DNA of 26,927 bases from an uncultured bacterium (lineage in GTDB: Bacteria > Macinerneyibacteriota > Macinerneyibacteria > Macinerneyibacteriales > DSCS01), in assembly GCA_964548195.1 (NCBI GenBank), contig CAZJQC010000005.1:56590-83516 (forward strand), in the 5' to 3' direction. The position numbers and the translations under genes were made by a program. Of this stretch, positions 23,710 through 26,927 are shown piece after piece. The first letter of the stretch is position 1, and every line of letters begins with the position of its first letter. Below the pieces are notes generated by a model. That model was not told where the DNA came from and searched no databases. It saw nothing but the letters and a program-made list of their open reading frames with translations.

Positions 23710-24905
23710 CTACGGCGCCAAGGGGAGAACGTCTCATAATCGCATTGACGGGCAGACGGAACGTTGGAAAATCCTCATTTATCAACGCATTGACAGGGCA
23801 GGACATAGCCATAGTGGACGACATGCCCGGGACCACGACGGACCCGGTAGCCAAACAATATGAACTTATACCGGTGGGGCCGGTGACGTTTTACGATACC
23901 GCCGGTTTTGACGATACGGGCGATATCGGTGAAAAACGGGTCAAAGCCACCGAAAAAATACTTTGGAGATCCGATATCGCGGTGCTTATAACCGATGAAG
24001 GCGAGGTCGGCAGCCATGAGCTTGACATGATCTCAAAATTCGAAAGAATGGACATCCCGTTTGTCATAGTCCGCAACAAATGCGACATATCCCCGCCCTC
24101 CGATGAATATCTCAATTTGTGCAGTCAAAAAGGATGGGCGCATGCGGAGATATCCGCTGCCGCGGGAACGGGTGTCGAGACGGCGCGCGAGCTGATCATA
24201 CGGAGCGTTCCCTCATATTTCAGCGAGGAACGCATGATCGTCGGCGACCTGATCGGAGAAGGCGACCTGGTAGTGCTGGTGGTGCCTATAGACCTTGCCG
24301 CCCCGAAAGGACGTCTTATACTGCCCCAGGTACAGGTCATACGCGAGGTGCTGGACAGCGACGCAGTGGCCGTGACAGTCAAGGAACGCGAGCTGGAAGA
24401 GGCGCTGCGGTCCCTCTCCCGCAAGCCGTCGCTTGTTATCACCGATTCGCAGGTCGTCCTCAAGGTAGCCGGCGACATACCCGATGACGTGCCCTTTACG
24501 ACGTTTTCCACCCTTTTCGCCCGGTACAAAGGCGATATCGACGCGCTGGTGCGGGGAGCCGCGCGCATAGACACATTGGCGGACGGTGACAGGATACTCA
24601 TAGCCGAAGCCTGTTCGCATCATGTGCAGTCGGATGACATCGGCAGAGTAAAGATCCCGAGATGGATGGCCACCTATACCGGCAAAAAACTGGACTTTGA
24701 CGTGGCGTCCGGCCATGACTTCCCGGACGATCTGGAAAAATACGCCCTGGTGGTTCATTGCGGCGGATGCATGATGACCGGCATGGAGATGAAAAGACGC
24801 ATAAGGCAGTGCGTGGCCCGCGGCGTCGAGGCCACCAATTACGGAGTCGCCATATCAAAACTGCACGGGCTGCTGGACCGGGTAATACGCCCCTTCGGCA
24901 TCTGA
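23706..24905 (+). CDS. hydF: [FeFe]-hydrogenase H-cluster maturation GTPase
   Basis: GRRNVGKSS, GTTTDPV, DTAG, NKCD, APKGRLILPQ and the Fe-S ligand motifs EACSHH and HCGGC. Confidence 0.96.
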   Translation: MTTAPRGERLIIALTGRRNVGKSSFINALTGQDIAIVDDMPGTTTDPVAKQYELIPVGPVTFYDTAGFDDTGDIGEKRVKATEKILWRSDIAVLITDEGEVGSHELDMISKFERMDIPFVIVRNKCDISPPSDEYLNLCSQKGWAHAEISAAAGTGVETARELIIRSVPSYFSEERMIVGDLIGEGDLVVLVVPIDLAAPKGRLILPQVQVIREVLDSDAVAVTVKERELEEALRSLSRKPSLVITDSQVVLKVAGDIPDDVPFTTFSTLFARYKGDIDALVRGAARIDTLADGDRILIAEACSHHVQSDDIGRVKIPRWMATYTGKKLDFDVASGHDFPDDLEKYALVVHCGGCMMTGMEMKRRIRQCVARGVEATNYGVAISKLHGLLDRVIRPFGI

Positions 24906-24920
24906 CAGTCCGGACAAAAG

Positions 24921-25580
24921 CTATTTTCCGGGCAGATGCCTTAAAAAGACCGCGACCACCCTGGCGGTGTCCCGCCAGCCTTTTATAAAACTCCTGCTTC
25001 CGTTGTAGATGGTGGACACAGGCACCGACGCCATTGAAAAACCCAGCGCTGCGGCTTTCATGATCATTTCAGTCTCCATCTCATATCCGTCGCTTTTCAA
25101 ATCAACGCTTCTCAACAATGCGGCCGTCATGCATCTGAACCCGCATTGACTGTCCGGAATATCCGCCTTTAAAGCTTTGCTTATCAAGTATGAAGATAAT
25201 CTGTTGGAACAGCGCCGCGAAAAAGGCATACGCGGACTGTTCAGGTCCCGCGCGCCGAGCACGAGGTCGTACGCCCCGCACTTTGCCGTCAAAGCATCGA
25301 TATCCGCCGGGTCATGCTGTCCGTCCCCGTCCATGGTGACCACGGCCTCATAACCCTGTTCGAGGGCATACGCGAAACCGGTCCTTAAGGCGGCCCCCTT
25401 GCCGCGGTTCTCATTGTGGACGATCATCTTAAGACGCGGGTAAGAGCGCAGCTCCCGCGGCACCGACGCGGAGCCGTCGTCCACCACGCATATGTCCGCC
25501 GCTCCGGCTGCCAAAGCGGGCAGTATTGCCGAGAGGCGCTCATAACATTCATATACGGGTATGACTATCAGTGTCCTCAC
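24921..25580 (-). CDS. Glycosyltransferase family 2 (DPM1/polyprenol-phosphate glycosyltransferase-like)
   Basis: IVIPVY, VVDDGS, NRGKGAAL, MDGDGQH and DSQCGFR; the probable start is GTG 25580. Confidence 0.9.
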   Translation of the reverse strand: MRTLIVIPVYECYERLSAILPALAAGAADICVVDDGSASVPRELRSYPRLKMIVHNENRGKGAALRTGFAYALEQGYEAVVTMDGDGQHDPADIDALTAKCGAYDLVLGARDLNSPRMPFSRRCSNRLSSYLISKALKADIPDSQCGFRCMTAALLRSVDLKSDGYEMETEMIMKAAALGFSMASVPVSTIYNGSRSFIKGWRDTARVVAVFLRHLPGK

Positions 25581-25593
25581 GGCTTTTCTTCCG

Positions 25594-26739
25594 CTACAAT
25601 GCGTTGATGGGCGTTCTGTAACGCCTGACCACAAGCCAGGTGGATATGATAAAAGTGGTGATCGTTATGAACTGCACTATCCCGGACAACCTTCCCGACA
25701 TAGCGCCCGAGGTCTCGGCGGCATATGAGACAAGCAGCGCAAACTCACTGCACTGGCCCAGCCTGAGGCCCAGTTCCCGGGAGAACTCTTTTGTCTCCCC
25801 TACGGCTCCGAAGCATTTGGCGTATATAAAAGGTTTTCCGGCCAGGAATAACAGCGAGAGCAGTATCCCGGGGACGACCACGCCCGCGGTGATCAGAAAA
25901 TCATACCTGGCACCTATCGAAAAAAAGAACAATACAAGAAAAAAGTTTCGCAGCGGTTTCAATCCGTCGACGACATAAAGGGCGACGGGAGACGCAGCAA
26001 GGGAGACGCCGGCGATAAAAGCCCCTATCTCCCATGACAGGCTCATAAAGGAGGCCGCCGCGGCCACGCTCAGACACCACCCCAGAAAGAGTATGAAGAC
26101 GTATTCATGGACTTTGTCAAATCTCTTTATCAGCCCCGATATCACATAACGCACGATAAGGAAGGACACTCCCCATAACGCTGCGGTCTTTGCGATCAGG
26201 ACAAACGGCGACGTAAGAAATCCGGCGCCCCCACCCTTGATGGCCAATATCAATATTATTGCCATAATATCCTGCATCAGAAGTATGCTTATCATCATCT
26301 CGCCCATCCGTTTATGATGGAGCACATTTACTGAGATGAGCTTTACGCTTATGACCGTACTGGAAAACATCAGCGCCGCTCCGGCGATAAGAGATTCCAC
26401 CGCGCCGTATCCGAACAGCAGGAGAACGCCCGCTCCGGCCGATGCGAACACCGCCCCGGTGGCCAGAGACACAACCGATGTCCTGCCGAACAATGTCAGC
26501 AGTTTCTTGGGCTCAAGGTCAAGCCCGAGAAGAAAGAGCAGGAGTATTATGCCGAAATGAGATATTTCCTCGATGTATCCCGGTTCGGAGACCAAGCGCA
26601 GCCCCCGGGGGCCAGCGATCATGCCGAAAGCGATATATGATATGATGATCGGCTGCCTGATCCAGTTAAAGAATGTACCCAGAAGGGCCGATCCGACAAA
26701 GATCAGCGCAAGTACGCTTATTATGTTTACATCGCCCAT
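25594..26739 (-). CDS. CPA2-family cation:proton antiporter (KefB/NapA-like, no TrkA-N domain)
   Basis: Multi-TM protein with LLFLLGLDL, FSSTVI, LLMQD, GAFIAG and GQCSEFAL; ATG 26739 follows GGGAGG. Confidence 0.9.
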   Translation of the reverse strand: MGDVNIISVLALIFVGSALLGTFFNWIRQPIIISYIAFGMIAGPRGLRLVSEPGYIEEISHFGIILLLFLLGLDLEPKKLLTLFGRTSVVSLATGAVFASAGAGVLLLFGYGAVESLIAGAALMFSSTVISVKLISVNVLHHKRMGEMMISILLMQDIMAIILILAIKGGGAGFLTSPFVLIAKTAALWGVSFLIVRYVISGLIKRFDKVHEYVFILFLGWCLSVAAAASFMSLSWEIGAFIAGVSLAASPVALYVVDGLKPLRNFFLVLFFFSIGARYDFLITAGVVVPGILLSLLFLAGKPFIYAKCFGAVGETKEFSRELGLRLGQCSEFALLVSYAAETSGAMSGRLSGIVQFITITTFIISTWLVVRRYRTPINAL

Positions 26740-26812
26740 AGACACCTCCCTCTGAAATATACACCGGAAACATACGTTTCAAAAGTTCTTTTAAGGCAGG
26801 ATACGGTGATTT

Positions 26813-26845
26813 AAAAAAAAAGCCCGCTCTGATTCGGCGGGCTTT
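26813..26845 (-). terminator. Rho-independent terminator downstream of tRNA-Pro
   Basis: Minus strand AAAGCCCGC-N9-GCGGGC followed by T9. Confidence 0.85.
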
Positions 26846-26850
26846 GCATA

Positions 26851-26924
26851 TCGGGGTGAAAGGATTTGAACCTTCGACCACTTGAACCCCATTCAAGTGC
26901 GCTACCGGACTGCGCTACACCCCG
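26851..26924 (-). tRNA. tRNA-Pro (anticodon GGG), CCA not encoded
   Basis: Minus strand CGGGGTG-TAGCGCAGTCCGGTAGCGCA-CTTGA-ATGGGGT-TCAAG-TGGTC-GAAGG-TTCAAAT-CCTTT-CACCCCG-A forms a full cloverleaf and is followed by TAT rather than CCA. Confidence 0.96.
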
Positions 26925-26927
26925 ATG

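Noticed and set aside
26767..26780. GAAAC-N4-GTTTC palindrome upstream of the antiporter as a LexA box
   Set aside because: It is only a degenerate match to GAAC-N4-GTTC, it is short, and the downstream gene is not SOS-related.
26851..26924. tRNA-Pro as an integration site for an island
   Set aside because: There is no integrase, and I saw no duplicated tRNA 3' end. The only match noticed (GGGGTGAAA near 12681) is 9 bp and inside a gene.
1..26927. CRISPR arrays or long tandem/dispersed DNA repeats
   Set aside because: None seen by eye; the short GCCGTC-type recurrences reflect Asp-Gly codons.

Overview
A gene-dense bacterial chromosomal segment, mostly on the minus strand. The host is a diderm (lptCAB present) and probably an anaerobe (hydF), yet it also carries genes typical of Firmicutes (whiA, DUF896, long HPF, a clostridial-type DnaC); the taxon cannot be named from this window. 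Read in the direction of transcription (right to left), the window holds: tRNA-Pro(GGG), a CPA2 antiporter and a GT2 glycosyltransferase; a plus-strand aspA-hydF pair; pcm and a DnaC-like ATPase; a three-gene operon of unusually large type IV minor pilins (PilX-like 712 aa, PilV-like 1166 aa, PilW-like 351 aa); a NUDIX hydrolase, DUF896, a hypothetical protein and a tRNA nucleotidyltransferase; and an extended rpoN cluster (lptC-lptA-lptB-rpoN-lpdA-hpf-hprK-whiA-PTS Man IIA/B/C/D-ptsH-ptsI, truncated at the window edge). The pilin operon is preceded by a sigma54-type -24/-12 promoter and an NtrC-like palindromic enhancer and is closed by a strong terminator. It is the best candidate for an undescribed system. 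No mobile element or CRISPR array was seen. All calls come from motif recognition by eye; no database searches were run.
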